This document shows positions 36,365-45,900 of a stretch of 54,168 nt of DNA, one piece after another (position 1 is the stretch's first letter; each line of letters opens with the position of its first letter). This DNA is from a virus (Duplodnaviria; Caudoviricetes). The notes under the pieces were generated by a model. That model was not told where the DNA came from. It was given only the letters and a program-made list of their open reading frames with translations, and did not search any database. The DNA is taken from IMG/VR virus record IMGVR_UViG_3300012663_001011, positions 1 to 54,168 of that record. One strand, given 5' to 3'. The position numbers were made by a program, and so were the translations under genes.

Positions 36365-37225
36365 ATGACAAACGAGAATTTAGATCAGGCCGTTGACGCA
36401 ATAACAAAAGCACTGAAAGACCTTGCATTAGGTAAAGGTGTCAGTTCACCGTTTATAGAATTTATAGCAGAGTACGGTGAAAATAATAACGGCAAAGGCT
36501 TAGTTTGGAGAGGTGACGGTTATACTAAACAGCTAGTATATAAAGAAAATCCTGATCGATTCTTTAGCTCCGAAACTATTGACCTAAATAAAGGAAATAC
36601 ATTTTCTATTAACGGCATTAATGTAGTATCAGAGACTGAACTAGGATCTACTGTTACTAAAAGCAGTCTTAGAGAAGTAGGTAGATTAAAAGGGTTAATA
36701 GTTGATGGTTCAGTTTCTATCAATCAATACCTATTTTATAATGCTACCGCAGATAGATTAGGTATTGGTACAGATGAACCTAACGCGGCACTATCAGTTG
36801 CCGAAGACGGCGTAGAAGTTGTTATTGGGGCGACTGATGGGATTAAAGGTAAAATTGGTACATACGGCAGTAACGATTTAGATATTGTCACTGATAGCAC
36901 CCCAAGAATTACAGTTGAAGCCGGTGGCAATATTCGACTAGGTAATAAAAACTTTGGACCAATTAGAGTTACTGTACAAGGAAAACTTGCAGTCGGAGTT
37001 AATTCAATGGACGAGCGAGCAGGGTTACACGTTGCTGGCGCTATTAAATTCAATGATAAACTACACCAATATGCATCAGGTCTTCCTACAGACGGGCAAT
37101 ACGAAAAAGGCGATATCATATGGAACACCGATCCTAGACCAAAAGGTTGCGTAGGTTGGGTTTGTATTGCCAATGGCAATCCTGGAAGATGGTGCCCGTT
37201 TGGAGAAATTAAAGACCAACAGTAA
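36365..37225 (+). CDS. Fibre-like virion structural protein (paralog 2)
   Basis: Same architecture; a 31-aa stretch is identical to paralog 1. Confidence 0.65.
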   Translation: MTNENLDQAVDAITKALKDLALGKGVSSPFIEFIAEYGENNNGKGLVWRGDGYTKQLVYKENPDRFFSSETIDLNKGNTFSINGINVVSETELGSTVTKSSLREVGRLKGLIVDGSVSINQYLFYNATADRLGIGTDEPNAALSVAEDGVEVVIGATDGIKGKIGTYGSNDLDIVTDSTPRITVEAGGNIRLGNKNFGPIRVTVQGKLAVGVNSMDERAGLHVAGAIKFNDKLHQYASGLPTDGQYEKGDIIWNTDPRPKGCVGWVCIANGNPGRWCPFGEIKDQQ

Positions 37226-37824
37226 TGCGACCCGTTATTGTATTAGGCAACGGTGAAAGTAGGAAAGACATTAAACTATTGCCGTTAAAAGATCATTACA
37301 CCTTAATTGGATGTAATGCAATTCACAGAGATATTGAAGTTGATCATTTAGTATGTTGCGATCAGCGTATGGTTAAAGAAGCGTTGCTTACTTTTCCTAA
37401 CACAATTTATACTCGTTCAAAATATCTAACAAGAAATAAAAACGTAAAAGAAGTTCCGCCGTTGCCGTACCCTGGCAATCAAAAACCAGATGACCCCGAA
37501 CACTGGGGTAGTGGTCCGTATGCTGTATTATTAGCAACATATAAAGGATCAAGCATAACATTACTTGGATTTGATCTATATGATGTTAATTTTCAAGCAA
37601 ACAACTTGTATAAAGGCACAGATAACTACGCTGCTGCTGATTCTCGCCCTGTAGATCCGTGTTATTGGGTTTACCAGCTTGCAAAAATATTTGAATCTTT
37701 TCCAAATAAAAGATTTAATATTATTAATAAAGATGAATGGCCACTTCCGGCTGAATGGGATTTACCCAATGTATCTTTTTTTACTATAAATTTTTTCCAA
37801 CAGACTTGTATTCTATCTAAATAG
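37225..37824 (+). CDS. Maf/DUF115/CstII-like (CMP-sugar transferase-fold) protein
   Basis: VIVLGNGESR, GCNAIHRD, GSGPYAVLLA, ITLLGFDL motifs. Confidence 0.55.
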   Translation: MRPVIVLGNGESRKDIKLLPLKDHYTLIGCNAIHRDIEVDHLVCCDQRMVKEALLTFPNTIYTRSKYLTRNKNVKEVPPLPYPGNQKPDDPEHWGSGPYAVLLATYKGSSITLLGFDLYDVNFQANNLYKGTDNYAAADSRPVDPCYWVYQLAKIFESFPNKRFNIINKDEWPLPAEWDLPNVSFFTINFFQQTCILSK

Positions 37825-37834
37825 AGTGTATACT
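37806..37834 (+). promoter_or_regulatory. Sigma70-type promoter for queD
   Basis: TTGTAT-N17-TATACT; the spacer also contains TAAATA. Confidence 0.6.
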
Positions 37835-37838
37835 TACT

Positions 37839-37880
37839 AAGTGGACTCGGCGCTCATCCCACTTTAAACACTCTGCGTGT
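37839..37880 (+). promoter_or_regulatory. preQ1-I-like riboswitch candidate
   Basis: AAGTGG-ACTCGGCGCTCATC-CCACTT hairpin followed by an A-rich tail, at the 5' end of the queD leader. Confidence 0.4.
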
Positions 37881-37903
37881 CATCTAAACAAAGGAAAAAT
37901 AAG

Positions 37904-38455
37904 ATGACTTGGATTATCGACAAAACTTTTGAATTCTGCTACGGTCACAGGGTTCATACTCAAACACTTAACGGCGAATATGCAGCTGACTTAAAATGTG
38001 CGTGTAGACATTTACACGGGCACGAAGGTAAGATGCAGGTATTCCTAACAGGTGACAAACTAGACAATACCGGAATGGTCACTGACTTTAGACACTTAGA
38101 GTGGTTAAAGAAATGGATCAACGAATTTATTGATCATCAATTTGTAATTGATCGAAATGATCCATTATATCCACAATTGATTGGTGATCGTAAACTTATT
38201 CCAGTTACAGTACCTGGCACAGATCATATTGCTGGATATCATTTAGACCTAAGCGACTTACAAGAAAAAACTCCGCAGTACGAATACTTCGAAGGTTTTA
38301 TGGTTGTGGACTTTGTTCCAACTAGCGAGAAGCTAAGTGAATGGATGGCCGAATTGGTGCAAGCTAAAATGGTTAAACTAGGAGTCACTGTTCAACGTAT
38401 TGAATGGTGGGAGACTCCTAAATCACGCTCTGTATTCTATAGAGATGGTGTCTAA
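37904..38455 (+). CDS. queD: 6-carboxytetrahydropterin synthase (QueD/PTPS family)
   Basis: FCYGHR, CRHLHGH, GMVTDF, DH, PTSE, ETPKS; AAGGA SD before ATG 37904. Confidence 0.88.
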   Translation: MTWIIDKTFEFCYGHRVHTQTLNGEYAADLKCACRHLHGHEGKMQVFLTGDKLDNTGMVTDFRHLEWLKKWINEFIDHQFVIDRNDPLYPQLIGDRKLIPVTVPGTDHIAGYHLDLSDLQEKTPQYEYFEGFMVVDFVPTSEKLSEWMAELVQAKMVKLGVTVQRIEWWETPKSRSVFYRDGV

Positions 38456-39056
38456 TAATTCTTTAATAGATCCTATTATCATAGACGACTTGATCCCGAA
38501 AGGGCATCAAGTCGAATTAGCTAATACATTAACATATAATATTGCCTGGAGATTTCAGTCTGTTACTGCACAGATTCGAGAATCTAATTACGATGTATGT
38601 GTTGATGATAACACCATAGACAGTCTTCAATTTGTACACTATGCTTTATTAAACGGGTCTTCAACTGAAGCACTGCCGGTTATACGTCCTCTTATGTCTG
38701 CTGTTGAAAAACAATTAAATCAGCGTGTCGTAGATGTAGGTCGAATTAAAATTAACTGTCTTACGAATAATATAAAAACATTTACAAGTTCAAATTATAA
38801 TATTCCTCACACAGACGAGCCAGGAATCGAATGGTTAACTATGGTTTATTATATTAATGACAGCGATGGTGATACATTTTTATTCAACGAGGCAGTAGGT
38901 AATACAGCTAACGGATTAACATTACATTCTAGAGTTAGTCCATCGATGGGGAGGGCCGTTATATTTGATTCAAGAAGATTTCACGCTGGGTCTAATCCAA
39001 TTGATTCACAGAGTCGATTTGTTATCAACGTAACATTTAAATTAGAAAATGCGTAA
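38445..39056 (+). CDS. Fe(II)/2OG oxygenase (phage type)
   Basis: PHTD...YYINDSDGDT...FDSRRFHAGS...RFVIN. Confidence 0.8.
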   Translation: MVSNNSLIDPIIIDDLIPKGHQVELANTLTYNIAWRFQSVTAQIRESNYDVCVDDNTIDSLQFVHYALLNGSSTEALPVIRPLMSAVEKQLNQRVVDVGRIKINCLTNNIKTFTSSNYNIPHTDEPGIEWLTMVYYINDSDGDTFLFNEAVGNTANGLTLHSRVSPSMGRAVIFDSRRFHAGSNPIDSQSRFVINVTFKLENA

Positions 39057-39213
39057 CAAATTTTGGAGATTATGGGCAAAAGCCCTAGGTGATAAATCTA
39101 ACCCGGCAGATTCGAACGAATCCGACAAGGTTGCGTTTATAAGAACTGTTATTGTTCTTTGTTATATTATAACAAATTGTTTTATTATTGCTGGAGTTAT
39201 TAGACACTGGTAA
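39049..39213 (+). CDS. Unannotated 54-aa membrane protein ([14 protein letters not shown]...AGVIRHW)
   Basis: Fills the gap; C-terminal TM helix; resembles a small protein I recognise from T4-like/cyanophage genomes. Confidence 0.7.
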   Translation: MRNKFWRLWAKALGDKSNPADSNESDKVAFIRTVIVLCYIITNCFIIAGVIRHW

Positions 39214-39221
39214 ATAATAAT

Positions 39222-40046
39222 ATGCGTACATTTGAAATTAATCACATTAAGATCGGAAACGATCATCCATTTGTTCTTATAGCCGGGCCTTGTCAAATTG
39301 AAAGTCAAGATCACGCAGAACATACTGCTGGAACTATTAAAGAAATTACAGATAGTCTAGGTATTAAATTAATCTATAAAAGTTCCTTTGACAAAGCTAA
39401 CCGATCAAGTATAGGTACACGGCGGGGAGTTGGTATAGAGAGCGGTTTAGAAATTCTAAATTCAATCAAACATATATTTGGAGTGCCAATTTTAACAGAC
39501 ATTCACGAAAGTTGGCAGGCCCAGGCCTGTGCTGATGCCGGAGTTGATGTTTTACAAATACCTGCATTCTTATGTAGACAAACAGACTTATTGTTAGCAG
39601 CAGGTAACACAGGATGTGTTGTTAATGTAAAGAAAGGTCAGTTCCTTGCACCTCACGATATGAAAAATGTTGCTGATAAAATTGCATCGACCGGCAATGA
39701 ACGTATTATGTTATGCGAAAGGGGATATACTTTTGGTTACAATAATTTAGTTGTCGATATGCGCAATATGCCTATTATGGCAAGCACTGGGTATCCAGTG
39801 GTCTTTGATGCCACACATTCTGTACAACAGCCTGGTGGATTGGGAGCAACGTCTGGTGGTGATAGAAAGATGGTACCCTACTTGGCGAGGGCCGCGGTGG
39901 CCACCGGGTGTGTAGGTGCTGTGTTTATGGAAACACACGAAGATCCAGACAATGCACCTAGTGACGGTCCTAATATGATTCCATTACACGAACTTAAAGA
40001 AGTTCTAACAAAATTAAAAGAAATCGACGATATTGTTAAATGTTAG
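39222..40046 (+). CDS. kdsA: Kdo-8-phosphate synthase
   Basis: [60 protein letters not shown]; TAAATA 5 nt upstream. Confidence 0.95.
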   Translation: MRTFEINHIKIGNDHPFVLIAGPCQIESQDHAEHTAGTIKEITDSLGIKLIYKSSFDKANRSSIGTRRGVGIESGLEILNSIKHIFGVPILTDIHESWQAQACADAGVDVLQIPAFLCRQTDLLLAAGNTGCVVNVKKGQFLAPHDMKNVADKIASTGNERIMLCERGYTFGYNNLVVDMRNMPIMASTGYPVVFDATHSVQQPGGLGATSGGDRKMVPYLARAAVATGCVGAVFMETHEDPDNAPSDGPNMIPLHELKEVLTKLKEIDDIVKC

Positions 40047-40837
40047 AATTAACAAAGGCTGAACGTAAACTACTTAAAGCACAACGCAAAGCAGAAAAAA
40101 ATCAAGTGCAAACTCCTGTTATAATCCCAAACAGCCAAGAAAAGATAACAGTGCTCTGTGTACGATTTGGTACAAAGTATGGTCGCGAATATGTCGAACG
40201 ACTACGCAATATGGTAGCTAGACATCTAACTGTTCCTTATGAGTTTGTATGTCTAACTGACGACCCTTATCCAATTGACGGTGTACGTAACATTGTAATT
40301 GCAGTACCGCCTTACAAAAAACTATGGTGGTGCAAAGTTCATATGTTTGATCCGTCATTGCCATTAGCTGGCAGGATACTGTATCTTGATCTTGATGTAG
40401 TAATTTGTAACAATATAAACAAACTAGTTACAATGGGTAACTCTATGTTCTACGGAATAAGAGACTTTAATCGAAAGTTTCATCCGCAATGGAATTATCT
40501 TAATAGCAGTGTTATGAGTTGGGTTCATCAATTCCAAACAAACATCTGGGAAAAGTTCAAAGCAGACCCTGCAGGTGCTCAAACCCTACAAGGCGATCAA
40601 GATTGGATATGGAAAGTAGAAAGAGACAAACTATTATTTTGGCCCGACGAATGGATACAAAGTTACAAATGGGAGATCCGCAGTCGATCCGAATTAGTTG
40701 TTGATGTAGGCAAACGTAGATTTAAAAATGTGCGTAATGATATAACAGTAAGTCCAAACTGTGTTATTGCTGTATTTCACGGTGATCCGAATCCAGATGC
40801 CGTTACGGATAGTTTTGTTCTTGACAACTGGAAGTAA
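40040..40837 (+). CDS. GT-A fold glycosyltransferase (GT8-like)
   Basis: [22 protein letters not shown] (DxD), NSSVM, GDQDWI, FHGDPNP. Confidence 0.8.
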   Translation: MLELTKAERKLLKAQRKAEKNQVQTPVIIPNSQEKITVLCVRFGTKYGREYVERLRNMVARHLTVPYEFVCLTDDPYPIDGVRNIVIAVPPYKKLWWCKVHMFDPSLPLAGRILYLDLDVVICNNINKLVTMGNSMFYGIRDFNRKFHPQWNYLNSSVMSWVHQFQTNIWEKFKADPAGAQTLQGDQDWIWKVERDKLLFWPDEWIQSYKWEIRSRSELVVDVGKRRFKNVRNDITVSPNCVIAVFHGDPNPDAVTDSFVLDNWK

Positions 40838-40849
40838 CGATGCTATAAT
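40821..40849 (+). promoter_or_regulatory. Sigma70-type promoter
   Basis: TTGACA-N17-TATAAT with TGn; +1 coincides with ATG 40856 (leaderless). Confidence 0.85.
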
Positions 40850-40855
40850 AGTGTT

Positions 40856-41149
40856 ATGACTAATACTATTACCCCCGAAGCATTGCACACTCTGCTTCTT
40901 GAAAATAAGTGCATCGTTGAGTTCACTAAAGTAAACGGCGAAGTTCGATCAATGCCCTGTACACTTAAAGCTGAATTCATTCCGGATCCTATTCCTGCAC
41001 CCCATTTTACTAACACTGACAATCCTATTGATTTTCCTAAAGTCAAAAAAGAAAATCCTAATGTTATGAATGTATGGTGTTTAGATAAAAATGAATGGCG
41101 ATCATTCCGAATCGCTAACGTTATTTCTGCAAAGGTAAAAGATGTCTGA
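40856..41149 (+). CDS. WYL_2/Sm-like SH3 beta-barrel protein
   Basis: VEFTKVNGEVRSMPCTL...VWCLDKNEWRSFR. Confidence 0.75.
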   Translation: MTNTITPEALHTLLLENKCIVEFTKVNGEVRSMPCTLKAEFIPDPIPAPHFTNTDNPIDFPKVKKENPNVMNVWCLDKNEWRSFRIANVISAKVKDV

Positions 41150-41321
41150 ACGAAAACGCTGGACACTGGTTGTTGAGGAAGATCCCAAGACCGGTGATGC
41201 AATATTAAATTTTAACGACGAAATTTTAGCAGCCACAGGTTGGAAAGAGGGTGATACCCTAACCTGGACTGTAAAGACTAACGGATCAATTATTCTTTCT
41301 AAGAAAGATACAGATGACTAA
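41142..41321 (+). CDS. Unannotated 59-aa AbrB/SpoVT-like protein
   Basis: MSERKRWTLVVEEDPKTGDAILNFNDEILAATGWKEGDTLTW...; fills the gap and overlaps both neighbours. Confidence 0.65.
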   Translation: MSERKRWTLVVEEDPKTGDAILNFNDEILAATGWKEGDTLTWTVKTNGSIILSKKDTDD

Positions 41322-42339
41322 ACGTATTGGTTTTGCCTGCAAGTGGATTGATGGTCCCAGTCAAATTAATGGGATTAAGCAAAAAGATAACTGTAAACAG
41401 TACAATACAGGGTCTACTACCGTAGCTTGGTTAAATAGACAACAAACCGACGTAGCTGAACAACGTCTCTGGGAGTTAATGGAGAACAACATCGAAAGCG
41501 TACGGTTACTAGTTGAAAAGGTAGGTACACTTAATGAAAATCTTAGAATGGTACGACTCTCAAGCGATATCCTTCCTGTCTACACTGAGCCTACTTGGGG
41601 CCGGTTTTGGCGGAATCCCGATGTACGGGCGTATTGCGAAAGAGGATTTGAGCAGGTCGGCGCTTTGGCTCGCAAGACTAATGTTCGCTTGTCTATGCAC
41701 CCTGGCCAGTTTTGCGTGTTGGCTTCTGATAACCCGAACATCGTAGAGCGGTCGATTGAAGAATTCGAGTATCACGCAGATATGGCGAGGTGGATGGGAT
41801 ATGGTCAAAGATATCAGGACTTTAAGATCAACGTCCACATTGCCGGTAGAGCCGGTCCAGCCGGTATCAAAGCTGCCCTCAAACGCCTTACCCCCGAGGC
41901 AAGAAACTGCATCACAATTGAAAACGACGAAATGACCTGGGGCATTGAAGACAGCATCGAATTAGCTAAGGACTGTGCCCTAGTCCTTGACATACACCAC
42001 CATTGGGTAAAAACTGGAGAATATATTGAAGCAAGTGACGATCGTGTTAAAAGGATTGTTGATAGTTGGCGCGGTGTTCGCCCTGTGTTACATTACAGTG
42101 TATCACGGGAAGACTGTCTTATTAACCATCCCGGACACCTCCGCCCCGATCTTCCGACCCTCTTAGAAGGCGGATACAAAAAACAAAAACTCAGAGCACA
42201 TTCAAACTTCTACTGGAACACAGCAGTGAACGAATGGGCACTGAGTTTTAGAGACTCCCACGATATTATGTGCGAAAGCAAGGCTAAGAATCTAGCCAGC
42301 TTTGCACTCTACGAACAAAGTATTAAGCTGCTGGCTTAG
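41314..42339 (+). CDS. uvsE: UV DNA damage endonuclease (UvdE/UvsE)
   Basis: RIGFAC, RLSSDILP, RLSMHPGQF, ENDE, LDIHHH, HYS, AHS, MCESKAK. Confidence 0.93.
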   Translation: MTKRIGFACKWIDGPSQINGIKQKDNCKQYNTGSTTVAWLNRQQTDVAEQRLWELMENNIESVRLLVEKVGTLNENLRMVRLSSDILPVYTEPTWGRFWRNPDVRAYCERGFEQVGALARKTNVRLSMHPGQFCVLASDNPNIVERSIEEFEYHADMARWMGYGQRYQDFKINVHIAGRAGPAGIKAALKRLTPEARNCITIENDEMTWGIEDSIELAKDCALVLDIHHHWVKTGEYIEASDDRVKRIVDSWRGVRPVLHYSVSREDCLINHPGHLRPDLPTLLEGGYKKQKLRAHSNFYWNTAVNEWALSFRDSHDIMCESKAKNLASFALYEQSIKLLA

Positions 42340-42604
42340 CTTTTGGCTTTCGAGGTGCTTTTGGCTTTGCAGTCTTTGGAGCAGCAGGTTTTTTAGCAAA
42401 CTGTTGCTTTTTAGGTGCAGGCTTTTTAGGTGCTGGAGCAACTGACTTAACCACAGCTTCAGTTGCTTTTTCTGCTACTGATGTAACTGGTGCTACTGCT
42501 GGTGGTACTTCTTCTTTAACTACAGCTACTTCTACTTTGTATGGAACCTCAGTAGTGGTTTCTGTTGGCTTGCTGCCAAATATCTTCTTTAATAATCCGA
42601 ACAT
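42323..42604 (-). CDS. Lys/Pro/Ala-rich basic protein (H1/AlgP-like tail)
   Basis: KKPAPKK, KKPAAPK, KPKA repeats; AAGGAGG SD and TAAATA upstream. Confidence 0.7.
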   Translation of the reverse strand: MFGLLKKIFGSKPTETTTEVPYKVEVAVVKEEVPPAVAPVTSVAEKATEAVVKSVAPAPKKPAPKKQQFAKKPAAPKTAKPKAPRKPKAKPAA

Positions 42605-42637
42605 TTAATGTTCCTCCTTAGTGATTTTATTTAGTAA

Positions 42638-42925
42638 TTAAAACTTACCTACAGGCAATTCCGTACTTGCAGGCATATCCCAAATCTTTTTCTGTTCAAC
42701 TCCCTTGCGCTGGGCAAAACGTTTGGCATCACAATTCGAACAGCAATGAAAATAATTATTGCTTAATCGTTTGTGATCTATTTTCTTTAAATCTCTCTTA
42801 AATTCACTATCACAGTTATCGCAGTGAAAGGTTGCAATAGTTTTTGACCGCGTGTAAGAATGTTCCTGTCCAGTCTTACTGATCCTAGTATATTGATTAA
42901 TTTGAGTTTCTGTTTTTAAGAACAT
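42638..42925 (-). CDS. Small zinc-finger-like protein
   Basis: CDNC...HCCSNC; TAAATA 4 nt upstream of ATG. Confidence 0.7.
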   Translation of the reverse strand: MFLKTETQINQYTRISKTGQEHSYTRSKTIATFHCDNCDSEFKRDLKKIDHKRLSNNYFHCCSNCDAKRFAQRKGVEQKKIWDMPASTELPVGKF

Positions 42926-42929
42926 AGTG

Positions 42930-42965
42930 TATTTACATTTGGCTTATAAAACTTTGGGCTAAATA
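42930..42965. promoter_or_regulatory. Divergent late-type promoters
   Basis: TAAATA on minus (42930-42935) and on plus (42960-42965). Confidence 0.55.
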
Positions 42966-42995
42966 GTACAGCAACCATTAATCTTAGGATATTTT

Positions 42996-45900
42996 ATGGC
43001 AAGAAAAATTATTGATGTCGGTATTGTAGGGAATGACGGGACCGGCGATAGTATACGCGATTCATTCCGTAAAGTAAACGATAACTTCCGAGAGCTGTAT
43101 AGCTCGTTAGGGCTAGGCGAGCGTTTAACTTTTACCGGGTTAGATGAGACTCCAGATTCGTTTGTAGGACAAGAAAATGCCATAGTGGCAGTAAATCCTA
43201 CAGAAACAGGATTAGTTTTTAAACGTCTTATTGCCGGTACTGGCATTCAGTTTGACTACACAAACCCCAACGAATTAGGTATTAGTACTTTATTCTCAGA
43301 AATCTCAGCTGACCCTAGTCCTCAACTAGGCGGTAACCTTTCAGCAAGATACGGTGGCCGTTCTTGGATTATTAGAGACTTATACGAAGATGACGGTATA
43401 ACTCCTCAAATTCCTACGTTAAGTCATCAAGCTGTAAACAAGCAGTATGCAGACAGTAAAATTGCACTAGCTGGTGTTAATGCTATTGATCCTGCTACTG
43501 GGTTTGAAAACAGCGCATTAGGAACAATGACTGGGCCGCTAGTACTTTCTAGAGATCCGCAACCAAGCGACGACATTGTATTCGACGGATTAGTTGCTGC
43601 TACAAAGCGATATGTTGATAACGCTGCATTTGGTAGCGCAGCAAACTTGTACGTTGCTTCATCGGGTGCAGATGCACGAGTAGGAGTCAGCGACGAACTA
43701 CAAGGTCGTGCGTTAGCATATGCTTACAGAAGCATAGAAGCAGCGTTACGTAGAGCAGAAGAATTAGTTAAAGAATCTCGACTAGAGATTGGCCCATATA
43801 GAAAAGTATTAACCTATAATGACGGGCAATCACAGTGTACATTGTCAGGCATATCAACTGCACCAGCATCTGGTGGCGGGTTTGACGGTGATGTGTTTAT
43901 GAGCATTGACACTATCAGTATTAAACTTCCAGGTACTAATTATAGACCAGGAGATAGACTTACACTTCAGGGTGGTGTTGGCGAACCTGCTGTTTACGAA
44001 ATCTTATCAACTGCATCTACTCCAGGGGCATTAGTTACATTCAAACAAATTAGTGCAGGTAAGTACAGCGAATTACCTGATGATATTACTAATGTAGGAA
44101 CAGATGATGATAGTGCATTCGGCAGCGGAGCAACATTTTCAGTTACGTTTAATGTAAACAGCGTTGTTATTAATACTCCTGGTACTGGCTACAGTTTAGT
44201 TTCTGTTCGATTTACAGGTGGAGGTGGTACTGGTGCATTTGGTTCTGCTACTGTTGTAGATTCAGGAATTGACACTATTACAATCACTGATCGTGGTACA
44301 GGATTTACCTCGGTTCCAGTTTGCGTAGTAGATCTACCGCGTTTTGCAATCTATACTAATGGTCTGCGTACGGACTTTACTGGTAATGTATTGTCGAGCA
44401 GTATTACCGCAATTAGATCTAGAGATATCAGAGAAGGTCTGTATCTATATGGAGAATCTTCTGGTGCGCTAGCACAGATTCTAGCACACGATGGATCATT
44501 AGACGGTGACGATGAACTATTTGATGTTGATGTTATCTATGGTGCTTTCCAAGAAGGTGAAGTTATTTCATACGGTGATATTACTAACACCAGTCAAATT
44601 GTTGTTTGGATTGAAGCTGGAACATACTACGAAAACTTACCTCTTAAAGTTCCTCAAAACGTTTCAATTCGTGGCGATGAATTCCGCCGCGTTATTGTCC
44701 GTCCTCTTTCGGGATATCCTTCTAGCAGTCCTTGGTCATTCCTAAACTTTAGAAGAGACTTAACTGTTGACGGATTAACCACTGCTGATAGACTATTTGG
44801 CTATCATTATCTAACAGATACTAGCAAGCCAGTTTATCCTATTATTAACAATCCGGGATTTTATAGTTCGGCTTCAACCTTGCTGCGGTTAAACAAAGCG
44901 TTTATTCAAAACGAAATGATTGGATGGATCAATGATCAAATTTCAAATCGAATCTACCCGTTTAATACTTCATACTTCTTTGATGAGGAATTGTGTCGTA
45001 GAGATTCAGGCTATCTTGTTGATGCAGCATACTATGATGTAGCATTTGGTTCTAACTTCTGGGCTGTTCAAAACGGCCTTGCATACCAACGCTTGCAATC
45101 TTCTGTAGTTCTTACAGAACAATTAGAGCAAGAGCTTGCTGCAATTAATTACATTAAAGGTCAGGTTGCTATAGCAATGTCTGGAAACGCTACCGCAGTT
45201 TCTAGAGCATTTGATGTCTACACAGAAATAACTGATATCATAGAAAATGGTATTGCAAATGCAGATGTTATTGTGTGGACAGATCCAGGCACCGATGTTA
45301 ATACAACACGAGCTAGACAGCAATTAATTAATAACAAAGAATTCATTATATCAGAGATGGTAGACTGGCTCGATGCTAATTGGACCAGTGTATGGACCAG
45401 TTTAGATTCTCTCAACAAAGCTAAATGGCAGAGAGATATGGGATATGCCATTGATGCTTTAGCCTATGACAGCCAATATGGTGGTAACATAGCTACACGC
45501 AATATTTGTCGCTCGTTATTCAGTGCAATAACAGGTGAGGCAATGCATCCGTTATCGCAAAAAGCTGCGACTGCCGCAACCTACACTAACATTGGTGTTA
45601 TTGCTGCACAGATTGTTCGAGGCTCATATGTTGGACAAGACAACACAGCAGGCGACGCAGGAGTGCTAAGAGCAACTGCTATGGGAACATTAACTGGTTA
45701 TGTTTCTGCTGTAGTGACCGCAGGCAATTTAAGTGGACTGGTTTCTGAATCCGTGCCAAGTATATCTTGGATCGATGCTCCACTCCAAGCATCAGTAAAT
45801 GCAGTATCTGCTGCAAAGAGTTCAATTGTCAACGGAACTATAACATTCTTAGCTGATACATATAGTGTTCCGTTTACGTACAACGAAACGCTGTGTAAAA

